This document shows positions 50,054 to 59,913 of a stretch of DNA of 59,938 nt, one piece after another. The notes beneath the pieces are model-generated. The model made no database searches. It was given only the letters and a program-made list of their open reading frames with translations, and was not told the origin of the DNA. Source of the stretch: Ilumatobacteraceae bacterium (GTDB lineage: Bacteria > Actinomycetota > Acidimicrobiia > Acidimicrobiales > Ilumatobacteraceae); assembly GCA_036826015.1 (NCBI GenBank), contig DAISXE010000001.1:1-59938 (forward strand), written 5' to 3'. How positions within the stretch are numbered: position 1 is the first letter of the stretch; every line of letters starts with the position of its first letter. A program made the translations under genes and the position numbers.

Positions 50054-51091
50054 ATGGCATCTTCGTCTTCTCCAGAACACCAGCAACTTGCACAAGCCGT
50101 CAATGACGGTGCGTTAGCAATTAATGCTGCCTCAACTACCGAGGAATTGCGAACGGTTGTCAGTGCTCTCACGGGCAAAAAAGGTGCAATCTCCACCATT
50201 AAGTCGTCGTTGGGCAAAGTGTCCGATGTCGAGATGCGCAAAGAGTTAGGTCAGTTAGTCAATGAAGCGCTCACCTCGCTTCAAGCGATAGCGGATTCTC
50301 GTTCACAGCAACTGCGCGCTGGCGAGTTTGCGTCTGTTATTGAATCTGATCGAGTCGACATCACAGAAGTGGCTATGTCTGCTCGCGCAACACAGCGCCG
50401 TGGACGTTTGCACCTCGTAACGCAAGCAACAGAACGGCTTGAAGATGTGTTTGTAGGCCTCGGATTTCAAATTGCTGAAGGTCCTGAAGTGGAAACTGAT
50501 TTCTATAACTTCGAGGCGCTCAACATGCCACCATCGCATCCGGCACGAAGCATGTGGGACACGTTGTTTGTCGAATCAGACGAACCCGGAAGTGTTGTGC
50601 TGCGCACGCACACGTCACCTGTTCAGATTCGTGTGATGCAAGATTGGCCACCGCCTATCTATGCCATCATGCCTGGTCGCGTTTTTCGTAAAGAGACTCC
50701 CGACGCAACTCACATGCCTGTGTTCCATCAGATTGAAGGGCTTGTTATCGACCGCGGCATTACGTTTGCAGATCTAGCAGGCACAATCGAGTCGTTTACA
50801 AAAGCATTCTTTGGAGAAGGTTTCACTTCTCGTCTGCGTCCTTCGTACTTTCCCTTCACTGAACCCAGTGCCGAGTTCGATATTCGTCGTCCCGATGGTT
50901 CTTGGATTGAATTGGGTGGTTGCGGAATGGTGCACCCACACGTTCTTCGTGCTGGTGGTCTAGACCCAGCCGAGTGGAGTGGCTTTGCGTTTGGCTTTGG
51001 CATCGACCGTATGGCCAAAGAACGCCATGGTGTGAATGACCTACGTGATATGTATTCCGATGATGTGCGCTTCACGGAGCAGTTCTCATGA
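50054..51091 (+). CDS. pheS: Phenylalanine--tRNA ligase alpha subunit
   Basis: HP......DTF, LRTHTSPVQ.R, FR.E..DATH...FHQ.EG, FPFTEPS.E and GCGMV.P.VL. Confidence 0.95.
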   Translation: MASSSSPEHQQLAQAVNDGALAINAASTTEELRTVVSALTGKKGAISTIKSSLGKVSDVEMRKELGQLVNEALTSLQAIADSRSQQLRAGEFASVIESDRVDITEVAMSARATQRRGRLHLVTQATERLEDVFVGLGFQIAEGPEVETDFYNFEALNMPPSHPARSMWDTLFVESDEPGSVVLRTHTSPVQIRVMQDWPPPIYAIMPGRVFRKETPDATHMPVFHQIEGLVIDRGITFADLAGTIESFTKAFFGEGFTSRLRPSYFPFTEPSAEFDIRRPDGSWIELGGCGMVHPHVLRAGGLDPAEWSGFAFGFGIDRMAKERHGVNDLRDMYSDDVRFTEQFS

Positions 51092-53436
51092 AGATCTTGC
51101 TTTCCATATTGCGTGAGATGGCTGACATTCCGTCTGACCCGGAAGCAGTTTCACTCGCGCTGAACTCGCTAGGTCTCGCCGTTGAAGAAATGGTGATAGT
51201 GGGTACGCCAGTCGAAGGTGTAGTCACCGCGCGCATTAATCGCATGGAGAAGCATCCCGATGCCGCAAAGGTCACCCGATGCTTTGTGGATGCCGGAGAT
51301 GGTGTCGAGCGTCATGTGTGGTGTGGTGCCACCAACATGAGTGAAGGTGATGTAGTTCCTCTTGCAACACTTGGAACCACAATGCCAAATGGCATGAATA
51401 TCGCACGTCGTGGCATCTTAGGTATTGATTCTGAAGGCATGTTGTGCTCTGAAGTAGAACTGGGACTCAGCGATGAGTCATCTGGGCTTCTTATTCTTCC
51501 TAAGGACACACCGTTGGGTGTTAGTCCGTTCGAGGCGCTTGGCATTGAGCACGACGTTGTATTCGATCTTGATCTCACACGCAATCGCGCCGACTGTTGG
51601 GGCCACCTCGGGGTCGCTCGCGACTTAGCTGCTCACTTTGGGGTGGCGCTACGTGGGCCACGAGTAGAGGCAGTCACTTCCGGTGCTCCGTCTTCTTTGC
51701 CTGTTGAAATCATTGCTGAAGAAAACTGCGCGTCATTCTCGATTACTCATATCAGTGGAGTCACGGTAGGTGAGTCGCCTAGGTGGGTTGCACAGCGTCT
51801 TGCTCATCTCGGTATGCGTTCAATCAACAATGTGGTCGATGCATCGAACTTGGTCATGCTCGAGACCAATCAGCCAAACCATGCATATGACGCGTCGGTT
51901 GTTGCATCCTTTCGCATCAGGCTTGCTCATAGTGGGGAAACTCTTGTCACTCTCGACGGGCAAACTCGCCAATTGCACGCGGAAGACTTGTTGATCTGTA
52001 ATGCGTCTGACGATTCCGGCGTTGGGCTTGCTGGCGTTATGGGTGACCTTCATTCAGAGATTTCCCCAACCACTACAGAGCTCGCATTGGAGAGTGCATG
52101 GTTCTCGCCAGATCCCATTCGCTACTCGGCTCAACGTCATGGTCTTCGGTCTGAAGCTTCTGTTCGCTTTGAACGTGGTACTGATCCAAACGGTTGGTCA
52201 CTTGCTGCTGAACGTTTCGTGACCATCTTGAAGGAAACGTGCCCGAACGTGGTGTTGCATGCAAGCCCAACAGTGGTGAGCACGCCGTATTGTCCGCAGC
52301 CAGTCCCTGTAGATGTGTCAGCGTCTTCTGTTGAACGGTTGCTCGGAGTTCGCATTGAAGTAACACGTATCGCTGAAATACTTTCTTCGATTGGTTTTGA
52401 GTCCCGCATTGAAGGCGACACTGTGAAGTGTGTGGTTCCCACATGGCGCCCTGACTGCGCACAAGAGGTTGACCTCATTGAAGAAGTGGCGCGTCACTTT
52501 GGTTTCGACAACATTGGGAAAACAATTCCCAATTCAACCGTGCACGGACGCTTGTCCAACATGCAGCAACGTCGTCGTGCATTACGGCGAGTCCTAGTTG
52601 GCCTCGGTCTAGACGAAGCAATGCCGTCACCGTTCCTTGCAGTAGGTGACCTGTCTCGAGTTGGTCTTTCTGAAGACAATGTGCTGCATCTTGCAAATCC
52701 ATTAGTTGCAGATGAATCCATTCTGCGTACATCGTTACGGCCTGGACTATTGCGTTCGTTGAAGTACAACCAGTCGCACCGTGCCCCCAAGATTGGTATT
52801 TGGGAAATTGGGCATGTGTATCCCAAGTCTGCCCAACAGTTGCCAGACGAGTCTGAACAATTAGCAATTCTTGTTGCCGGTGGCGATGTCGAAACTTCAC
52901 TGATGCAGTGGAACGCAATCTGCGATGCACTGTCTGTCGGCGCCCAGTTAGATCAATCGCGCGTCCCAGCAGGTCTGCATGCCACTCGCTCTGCGTCATT
53001 GACGCGCGGCAAGAAGATCGTCGGAGTTGTCGGGGAAATAGATCCCGTGGTGCTCGACGCTTTGGGCATTGAAGGACGGGTCAGTGTCTTAGAGATTGAT
53101 TTGTCGGTTGTTTTGAATGAAGAACCTAAGCCTGTGCAGGCGCGCGACATCAACCGTTTCCCATCCAGTGATATTGATCTTGCCTTTGTTATGTCTGATG
53201 AAGTTCCTGCTGTGAACTTGCAACGTGCTTTGCGCCAGGCTGCCGGCAAACGTCTTGTACGAATCGACTTGTTCGATGTCTACCGAGGAAAGGGCGTTGC
53301 AGAAGGTTCACGCAGTTTGGCTTTCCGATTGCGCTTGCAAGAGCCGGAAGGCACGTTGACTGATTCAATTCTCGCTGAGGTGCAACAGGCATGTGTTGCT
53401 GCTGGCGAAAAAATTGGTGCGGCTATTCGCGCCTAA
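51088..53436 (+). CDS. pheT: Phenylalanine--tRNA ligase beta subunit
   Basis: tRNA-binding OB domain (HPDA.K...C.VD.G), and B3/4, B5 and FDX-ACB domains. 782 aa. ATGA overlap with pheS. Confidence 0.95.
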   Translation: MKILLSILREMADIPSDPEAVSLALNSLGLAVEEMVIVGTPVEGVVTARINRMEKHPDAAKVTRCFVDAGDGVERHVWCGATNMSEGDVVPLATLGTTMPNGMNIARRGILGIDSEGMLCSEVELGLSDESSGLLILPKDTPLGVSPFEALGIEHDVVFDLDLTRNRADCWGHLGVARDLAAHFGVALRGPRVEAVTSGAPSSLPVEIIAEENCASFSITHISGVTVGESPRWVAQRLAHLGMRSINNVVDASNLVMLETNQPNHAYDASVVASFRIRLAHSGETLVTLDGQTRQLHAEDLLICNASDDSGVGLAGVMGDLHSEISPTTTELALESAWFSPDPIRYSAQRHGLRSEASVRFERGTDPNGWSLAAERFVTILKETCPNVVLHASPTVVSTPYCPQPVPVDVSASSVERLLGVRIEVTRIAEILSSIGFESRIEGDTVKCVVPTWRPDCAQEVDLIEEVARHFGFDNIGKTIPNSTVHGRLSNMQQRRRALRRVLVGLGLDEAMPSPFLAVGDLSRVGLSEDNVLHLANPLVADESILRTSLRPGLLRSLKYNQSHRAPKIGIWEIGHVYPKSAQQLPDESEQLAILVAGGDVETSLMQWNAICDALSVGAQLDQSRVPAGLHATRSASLTRGKKIVGVVGEIDPVVLDALGIEGRVSVLEIDLSVVLNEEPKPVQARDINRFPSSDIDLAFVMSDEVPAVNLQRALRQAAGKRLVRIDLFDVYRGKGVAEGSRSLAFRLRLQEPEGTLTDSILAEVQQACVAAGEKIGAAIRA

Positions 53437-53439
53437 GAA

Positions 53440-53988
53440 TTAGTTCTGATGCGGGTCAGTGGGAAATTGTCCGTATCGCGACAATTCGCCCACTTGTCGA
53501 GCAAGTACGCGGTTCCACAATGTCTCTGGGCTGGAAGTGAAATGGTCTCCCTCCACAGACGGAACTACAAACCATCCCTCGTTACGAATCTCGTCTGACA
53601 ACTGTTGTGGGCTCCATCCGGAGTAACCGCGAAAGACGCGATGCGGACCTTCAATATGCACGGGACTTGTTGTCTCGATGTCTATCGATGTCACTGCGTT
53701 TACTGAAGAGGCGAGTGGCGTGAGACAGATGTATCCATCGGGTTCAACAGGGCCACCAAAAAAGATGGTGGAAGGTGTGGTGGACGATTCCATCCAGCGA
53801 GCAATCGGGGAGTCTGGGTCGATGTGATCTACTTCAAGAGGCCTGTTCAGGATTACACCCATCGAGCCATCGCTGTCGGAATGGGCCAGAACCAGCACAA
53901 CACTGCGTGCGAAATATGGGTCTTCGATTGCGGGTCGTGCAACAAGAAGGGTCCCGGGCCCGACATTGGTGCTTGCATAATCATTCAC
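53440..53988 (-). CDS. YqgE/AlgH-family (UPF0301) protein
   Basis: G.LLVA.P...DP.F.RSVVL...H...G.MG.ILNRP and GGPV motifs. 182 aa. Confidence 0.8.
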   Translation of the reverse strand: MNDYASTNVGPGTLLVARPAIEDPYFARSVVLVLAHSDSDGSMGVILNRPLEVDHIDPDSPIARWMESSTTPSTIFFGGPVEPDGYICLTPLASSVNAVTSIDIETTSPVHIEGPHRVFRGYSGWSPQQLSDEIRNEGWFVVPSVEGDHFTSSPETLWNRVLARQVGELSRYGQFPTDPHQN

Positions 53989-54009
53989 TAGCCCGTATCA
54001 TAATACATC
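53972..54009 (+). promoter_or_regulatory. Tandem ARG boxes (candidate ArgR operator) abutting the argC start
   Basis: Box 1 (53972-89) cTTGcATAATcATTCAct and box 2 (53992-54009) ccCGtATcATAATaCAtc are each compared with TNTGAATWWWWATTCANW. They are separated by 2 bp, the classical spacing. A CATAAT -10-like hexamer sits at 53999-54004. Confidence 0.5.
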
Positions 54010-54010
54010 T

Positions 54011-55030
54011 ATGGTCAGAGTAGGAATCATCGGAGCTTCGGGTTACACAGGGGCTGAATTGCTGCGTTTATGCGCCCAGCACCCCGAAATAGAGGTGGTT
54101 TGTGCCACAGGGGACTCCCAAGCGGGCACTTTGGCCAGCATGTTGTATCCATCGTTGGCCGCTGCATATCCGAATCTTGTGTTCGAGGAATACTCGGCCG
54201 AACGGTTCATTGGCCTCGATGTGGTCTTTCTTGGAATCCCACACGAAGCTGCACTGGAAATTGCACCACAACTCTTCGGCAAAGTTGGCTGCCTCATTGA
54301 TCTGTCTGCGGCGTATCGATTGAAGGATGCATCGTTGTACCCACAGTGGTACGGGTTCACCCACACGCAACCCGAATTGCTTTCTCAAGCGGTGTACGGA
54401 TTGCCAGAGTTGTATCGCTCCCAGTTGGCCGGAGCTCGACTCATCGCAACCCCTGGTTGTTACGTCACTGCTGCATCTCTTGCTCTAACTCCTCTCGTGC
54501 GCGCAGGGATTATCTCTCAAAACGGTGTCATCGTCGATGCTGCGTCGGGCGTTAGTGGTGCGGGTCGCGCACTGAAGCATTCATCGTTGTTTTCTACCGT
54601 TGACGAAGATTTCACGGCCTATGGCTTGCTGGATCATCGTCATACTCCTGAGATTGAACAAGTAACAGGAGCACAAGTTCTTTTCACGCCCCATTTGGCG
54701 CCAATGAATCGTGGCATTTTGGCTACTTGCTATGCACGGCCTGTATCGAAAGACGTCACCACTGCATCGCTTCTCGCGTCGTTGGCCACCTTCTACAAAG
54801 ACGAGCAGTTTGTTGTAGTTCGCCCAACAAGTCCGTCAACAAAGGCAACTCTCGGTAGTAACTCTGTTCATCTCACAGCTCGTTTCGATGAACGTACTGG
54901 TTATGTCATGGTGATTGCCGCACTCGACAATATTGCTAAGGGTGCATCTGGCGGGGCAGTGCAGTCGATGAACGTTGCTCTTGGTCTGCAAGAGAATCTT
55001 GGACTCTCAAATGTAGGGGTCTATCCATGA
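54011..55030 (+). CDS. argC: N-acetyl-gamma-glutamyl-phosphate reductase
   Basis: VGI.GASGYTGAEL.RL...HP, and the PGCY.TA catalytic Cys region. Confidence 0.95.
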   Translation: MVRVGIIGASGYTGAELLRLCAQHPEIEVVCATGDSQAGTLASMLYPSLAAAYPNLVFEEYSAERFIGLDVVFLGIPHEAALEIAPQLFGKVGCLIDLSAAYRLKDASLYPQWYGFTHTQPELLSQAVYGLPELYRSQLAGARLIATPGCYVTAASLALTPLVRAGIISQNGVIVDAASGVSGAGRALKHSSLFSTVDEDFTAYGLLDHRHTPEIEQVTGAQVLFTPHLAPMNRGILATCYARPVSKDVTTASLLASLATFYKDEQFVVVRPTSPSTKATLGSNSVHLTARFDERTGYVMVIAALDNIAKGASGGAVQSMNVALGLQENLGLSNVGVYP

Positions 55031-55890
55031 GCACTGTGGGTACAGCACATGTGCTTGTAGAAGCACTTCCGTATATCCGTCGGTTTGCTGGACGTACTGT
55101 CGTTGTGAAATACGGTGGCAACGCGCTGGCCGGAACTTCAGATCACGATGCACTCACTCTTTTTGCTGAAGACATCGTGCTCATGCACACGGTCGGTATT
55201 CGCCCGGTTGTGGTGCATGGTGGTGGGCCACAAATCAATGCCATGTTGAATCGTCTCAACATTGAATCTTCATTTGCAAACGGACTGCGCGTCACAGATG
55301 CTGCCACCATGGAAGTGGTGCAGATGGTCCTTAATGGACAAGTGAATCCTCAGATTGTCAGTGCAATAAATACGCACGGAAATGTAGCTGTTGGTTTGTC
55401 GGGTGAAGATGGGCGCACATTGCAATGCATTCCACGTGATTCTGCCCTTGGTTTTGTTGGCGATATTGAACGTGTCCGCACTCATGTGATTGATGGTCTC
55501 CTTGCCGATGGATTAGTTCCGGTTGTATCCACAGTCGGAGTCGATGTACACGGCCAGCCTTACAACATCAATGCAGATACGGCTGCAGGCGCCATTGCGG
55601 AAGCTTTGGGTGCTGAAAAGATCATTTATCTCACTGACATTGCTGGTCTTCGTAAAGATGTTGATGATGCGGCTTCGCTTATTCAGAGAATCAATGTCAA
55701 TGACCTCTCTGCCTTAATTGATGACGGCACGATTTCTGGCGGAATGATTCCAAAGATTGAGAGTTGCATACAGGCAGTCCGTGGTGGCGTAAAAAGCGCA
55801 CACATTTTGGACGGCCGTATCGCTCATGTTCTATTACTTGAACTATTCACCGACCAGGGTGTCGGAACAATGATCACAGGAGTGCAGTGA
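55027..55890 (+). CDS. argB: Acetylglutamate kinase
   Basis: EALPYI..F.G...VVKYGGNA, VHGGGPQI and GGMIPK. ATGA overlap with argC, so there is no argJ between them. Confidence 0.95.
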   Translation: MSTVGTAHVLVEALPYIRRFAGRTVVVKYGGNALAGTSDHDALTLFAEDIVLMHTVGIRPVVVHGGGPQINAMLNRLNIESSFANGLRVTDAATMEVVQMVLNGQVNPQIVSAINTHGNVAVGLSGEDGRTLQCIPRDSALGFVGDIERVRTHVIDGLLADGLVPVVSTVGVDVHGQPYNINADTAAGAIAEALGAEKIIYLTDIAGLRKDVDDAASLIQRINVNDLSALIDDGTISGGMIPKIESCIQAVRGGVKSAHILDGRIAHVLLLELFTDQGVGTMITGVQ

Positions 55891-57098
55891 TGGGTCACGA
55901 ATTCTTAGAAATACAATCAGCGATTGATGCGAATGCTGGACACGATTGGTGTCCATTTATCCCGGTGTTCGGCGCTCCAGCAGAAATGTTCGAACGTGGC
56001 GAGGGCACACAGTTGTGGTCGGTAAGCGGGAAGCGGTACTTGGACTTCCTCAGCGGCATCGCTGTTGTTGGTCTCGGTCATGCGAATCCAGTTATTGCCG
56101 ACGCAATCGCAGATCAGGCGCGCACTCTCGTGCACGTCTCAAACTTCTTTGCCAACACCACCGCCACGAAAGCAGCTGTCGCTATCGCAGACCTCATGCG
56201 TGATGCGGGAGCCGGTGATGGTCAAGTGTTCTTTTGTAACTCTGGTGCCGAGGCAAACGAAGCAGCGATCAAGTTGTCGCGCAAATTCGGTGGGCGTGGT
56301 CGTCATGTAATGGTGACCGCCTACGGAAGTTTCCATGGACGCACATTGGGTGCCTTGGCGCTCACTGGTCAGCCAGCAAAGCATGAGATTTTCCAACCGA
56401 TGCCAGAAGGCTTTCGGTATTGCGAATTCGGTGACATTGCTTCATTGGAAGCGCAGATTGATAACACGGTGTCTGCTGTGATGCTTGAATCAATTCAAGG
56501 CGAAGGGGGAGTCATTCCCGCTGATGCTGCGTACCTTCAAGCAGTTCAGTCTTTGTGTCGCGAGCGCGGTGTTCTTCTCATCATTGACGAAGTGCAAACT
56601 GGATTCTGTCGTACAGGTAAGTGGTTTGGTTTCGAGCATGCGGGCATTCAGCCTGACGCCGTGACGTTCGCTAAAGGAATGGGTAACGGAATGCCTGTCG
56701 GAGCCTTATGGGCTCGCAAAGACATTGCTTCGGTACTCCAGCCCGGAGATCATGGTTCTACCTACAGCGGTACGGCTCTTGCTACGGCAGCAGTGAACGC
56801 AGTAATTAGTGAGATGAAGCGTCTGAATGCTCCCGAACTTGCAGTGCGCCAGGGTGCCCGTTTGTCAAAGGGTCTTTCGAGCATCTCAAAGATTGATCAT
56901 GTTCGTGGTTCGGGTTTGTTGCTTGGCGCGCAGTTGAAAGACGGAATTGTTGCGGGTGATGTCTACAAAGATTTGCTCGAAGCTGGTCTCATTGTGAACG
57001 CCGTTAATGCTTCCACGCTTCGGTTTGCTCCACCTTTAACAGTGAGCGATGCCGAGATTGATGAAGCCGTAGCAATGGTGAAGGAAGTATTGAAATGA
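55887..57098 (+). CDS. argD: Acetylornithine aminotransferase
   Basis: Class III aminotransferase motifs (NSGAEANEAA.KL.R, DEVQTG..RTG, and a PLP lysine in TFAKG.GNG.P.G). Confidence 0.9.
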   Translation: MMGHEFLEIQSAIDANAGHDWCPFIPVFGAPAEMFERGEGTQLWSVSGKRYLDFLSGIAVVGLGHANPVIADAIADQARTLVHVSNFFANTTATKAAVAIADLMRDAGAGDGQVFFCNSGAEANEAAIKLSRKFGGRGRHVMVTAYGSFHGRTLGALALTGQPAKHEIFQPMPEGFRYCEFGDIASLEAQIDNTVSAVMLESIQGEGGVIPADAAYLQAVQSLCRERGVLLIIDEVQTGFCRTGKWFGFEHAGIQPDAVTFAKGMGNGMPVGALWARKDIASVLQPGDHGSTYSGTALATAAVNAVISEMKRLNAPELAVRQGARLSKGLSSISKIDHVRGSGLLLGAQLKDGIVAGDVYKDLLEAGLIVNAVNASTLRFAPPLTVSDAEIDEAVAMVKEVLK

Positions 57099-57991
57099 CA
57101 CGCCACTTATTGAATATCTCAGACCTCAGCGTCTCTGAGTTGCGCGCAATCCTCGACCTTTCGTTACAGCAGTCTGTTCGTGATGCTCGGCCGTTGAATG
57201 GTCAAGGGGTTGCACTCATCTTTGAAAAGCCATCCAATAGAACGCGTCATTCAATGGAGATGGCTGTCGTTCAACTGGGCGGTCATCCCGTGTACACGCG
57301 TGGTGAAGAAGTTGGTTTCGATGTGCGTGAATCTGTGGAAGACATCGGGCGCATTATGTCTGGGTACCACGGTGTTCTCGCTGCTCGTGTCTTCAAGCAT
57401 TCTGTTGTTGCACGTCTTGCTGCGTCATCAAGCGTGCCAGTTATCAATATGTTGAGCGATTTGTCTCATCCATTGCAGGCTCTCGCAGACATCATCACGA
57501 TGGAAGAACACGGGGGGGCAATCAGTGGACTCACTGTGGCTTGGATAGGTGACTACAACAATGTGGCACGTTCTTTGGGCGAGGCCGTGTGCATGTTGGG
57601 AGGCACTTTCTCTTTGGGTTGTCCACTCGGCTACGACGCTAACGACGAAGAAATTGAGCGTCTCGCGTCACTCGGTGGGGCAGTGTCTCAGTCTGTAGAC
57701 CCGTTAGTCGCAGTGAAAGGTGCTCATGTTGTGCACACCGATACGTGGATCTCTATGGGGCAAGAACAAGAGTCGCAATCGCGTCGAAAGATTTTCGCTG
57801 AATATTGCGTTACCTCAGCTCTTATGAAAGCGGCTGCACCTAAAGCAAAGTTTATGCACTGCATGCCAGCACACCGTGGGGAAGAAGTAACTGCAGAAGT
57901 TTTTGATGGACCATCGAGTTTGGTCTTTGAGCAAGGACATCATCGTCTCACCGCTGCGCGTGGCGCACTGGCCTGGGTAGTAGGGAAATAA
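57095..57991 (+). CDS. argF: Ornithine carbamoyltransferase
   Basis: FEKPS.RTR.S, HP.QALAD, the DTWISMG ornithine (SMG) loop, and HCMPAHRGEEV. Confidence 0.9.
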   Translation: MTRHLLNISDLSVSELRAILDLSLQQSVRDARPLNGQGVALIFEKPSNRTRHSMEMAVVQLGGHPVYTRGEEVGFDVRESVEDIGRIMSGYHGVLAARVFKHSVVARLAASSSVPVINMLSDLSHPLQALADIITMEEHGGAISGLTVAWIGDYNNVARSLGEAVCMLGGTFSLGCPLGYDANDEEIERLASLGGAVSQSVDPLVAVKGAHVVHTDTWISMGQEQESQSRRKIFAEYCVTSALMKAAAPKAKFMHCMPAHRGEEVTAEVFDGPSSLVFEQGHHRLTAARGALAWVVGK

Positions 57992-57992
57992 C

Positions 57993-58505
57993 GTGAGTAC
58001 TAAGCAACAGAGACAACAGATCATCACGCGTCTCATCGCGCAAGAAAATGTGTGTAGCCAGCCTCATTTGCAGGAGATGTTGAAAGATCAGGGCATCGAG
58101 GCAACTCAAGCAACTATTTCTCGCGACCTTGAAGAACTTGGTGCCGTAAAAATTCGCGTTGCCGGTGGTGACAGCATTTATGCAATCGCGGAATACGCAC
58201 CAGCACGCGTTGCTCCTTCAGATCAATTGCGCAGAGTGATGGCAGAGTGGGTCGCTGAAGTGACCTCGAGTGGAAACCTGGTTGTCGTTCGCACGCCTCC
58301 TGGTTGCGCACACGTCGTTGCCTCTGCACTCGACAGAAGTGCGTTGTCCGGGTTACTTGGCACTGTTGCTGGTGACGACACAATCTTTTGCGTCGCCGCA
58401 GAAGATATAGGTGGCGCAGGGCTTGCAGAAGAACTTCGCTCACTATCCGGAGTCACTGATGCGACTGGTGGAATTCCACGAAAGAAGGGGACTAGTCATG
58501 TCTGA
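57993..58505 (+). CDS. argR: Arginine repressor
   Basis: N-terminal winged-helix Q..L...L...G...TQATISRDL.ELGAVK. C-terminal oligomerisation domain with GT.AGDDTI. Confidence 0.9.
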   Translation: MSTKQQRQQIITRLIAQENVCSQPHLQEMLKDQGIEATQATISRDLEELGAVKIRVAGGDSIYAIAEYAPARVAPSDQLRRVMAEWVAEVTSSGNLVVVRTPPGCAHVVASALDRSALSGLLGTVAGDDTIFCVAAEDIGGAGLAEELRSLSGVTDATGGIPRKKGTSHV

Positions 58506-59913
58506 AAAAGAAGTCGCCTCTGGAGCCGCGTTATGGCATGGTCGTTTTGATGCATCGCCCGCAGAAGAGTTAATGGCATATACAGAGAGTTTGTCCTTCG
58601 ATAAACGCCTATGGGCCGACGACATCGTTGGCTCGAAGGCCCACGTTTCTATGTTGGTTTCTGTAGGCATCATGAACGAAACTGACGGAAAAACAGTCTT
58701 GGCCGCCCTCGATCAAGTGGGTACAGAGTTTGCATCTGGCGCATTCGTTTTTGAAGCCACCGACGAAGATATTCACACCGCCATCGAACGACGGGTTACA
58801 CAAATTGCTGGCGAACCCGGCGCGCGCATACACACTGGACGAAGCCGTAATGACCAAGTGGCCACTGCAGTTAGGTTGTGGTGCAAGCGCGAAGTAGGTG
58901 TTCTTGCTTCATTTGTTCTAGATCTAGTGAATACTTTGGAAGACCGCTCACTTGAAGCCGATGCCTCGGCGCCTCCAACGCGTTTGCCTGGGTACACCCA
59001 TGTGCAACATGCGCAACCAGTGTTGTTGTCGCATCACCTCAGGGCGCATTCGTGGGCGCTGCTACGTGACGTAGATCGTCTCGCAGACACTTTGCAACGC
59101 CTTGATGTTTCACCTTTAGGTGCGGGCGCATTAGCTGGCTCGTCATTGCCGCTCGACCCATCTCACTCTGCTGAATCAATGGGCTTTGGCGGCACCTTTG
59201 CGAACTCTCTCGATGCAGTGTCTGACCGTGATTTCATTGCCGAGATTTTGTTCGACATTGCACTTCTAGGTGTTCACCTGTCACGCATCGGTGAGGAATG
59301 GGTCTTGTGGACCAGTGCAGAATTTGGTTTCGCAGTTCTTGACGACGCATATGCAACCGGATCTTCCATGCTTCCGCAAAAGAAAAATGCAGACATCGCA
59401 GAATTGGCGAGAGGTAAAGCAGGTCGTTTAATCGGAAACCTCACTGGATTGTTGGTGATGCTGAAAGGTCTCCCGTTGGCCTACAACCGTGATCTTCAAG
59501 AAGACAAAGAACCATTGTTCGATTCTGTCGATCAGGTTCGTCGCGCGCTTATTGCGCTAACCGGGATGATCAAGACCGCCACATTCAAAACCGAGAACAT
59601 GATTGCTGGTGCCGATGCTGAAGCATTGGTAGCAACAGATATTGCCGAGTGGTTAGTACAACGGGGCATGCCGTTCCGTGAAGCTCATGGGGTAGTGGGC
59701 AAGATCGTGCGCGAATCGCTTGCCACAAACACTCCGATGGTCACGTTGGTAGCAAACCATCCATCACTTGGCGCTGACGCGGTGTCGCTATTTGATGCTG
59801 GTGTAGCTGTTGGCCGTCGTCAGACCCCAGGTGGGGCTGGTCCGGCAGCAGCACCTGAGCAGCGTGCCCGTTTGGTCGAAGCTATTCGTCAAGCAAAGGC
59901 GCGTTTCGAATGA
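58498..59913 (+). CDS. argH: Argininosuccinate lyase
   Basis: LW.GRF, D.....GS.AH..ML, GYTH.Q.AQP, and the fumarate-lyase signature GSS.MPQKKN.D. ATG at 58498 follows AAGAAGGGGA. 8-nt overlap with argR, so there is no argG. Confidence 0.95.
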   Translation: MSEKEVASGAALWHGRFDASPAEELMAYTESLSFDKRLWADDIVGSKAHVSMLVSVGIMNETDGKTVLAALDQVGTEFASGAFVFEATDEDIHTAIERRVTQIAGEPGARIHTGRSRNDQVATAVRLWCKREVGVLASFVLDLVNTLEDRSLEADASAPPTRLPGYTHVQHAQPVLLSHHLRAHSWALLRDVDRLADTLQRLDVSPLGAGALAGSSLPLDPSHSAESMGFGGTFANSLDAVSDRDFIAEILFDIALLGVHLSRIGEEWVLWTSAEFGFAVLDDAYATGSSMLPQKKNADIAELARGKAGRLIGNLTGLLVMLKGLPLAYNRDLQEDKEPLFDSVDQVRRALIALTGMIKTATFKTENMIAGADAEALVATDIAEWLVQRGMPFREAHGVVGKIVRESLATNTPMVTLVANHPSLGADAVSLFDAGVAVGRRQTPGGAGPAAAPEQRARLVEAIRQAKARFE

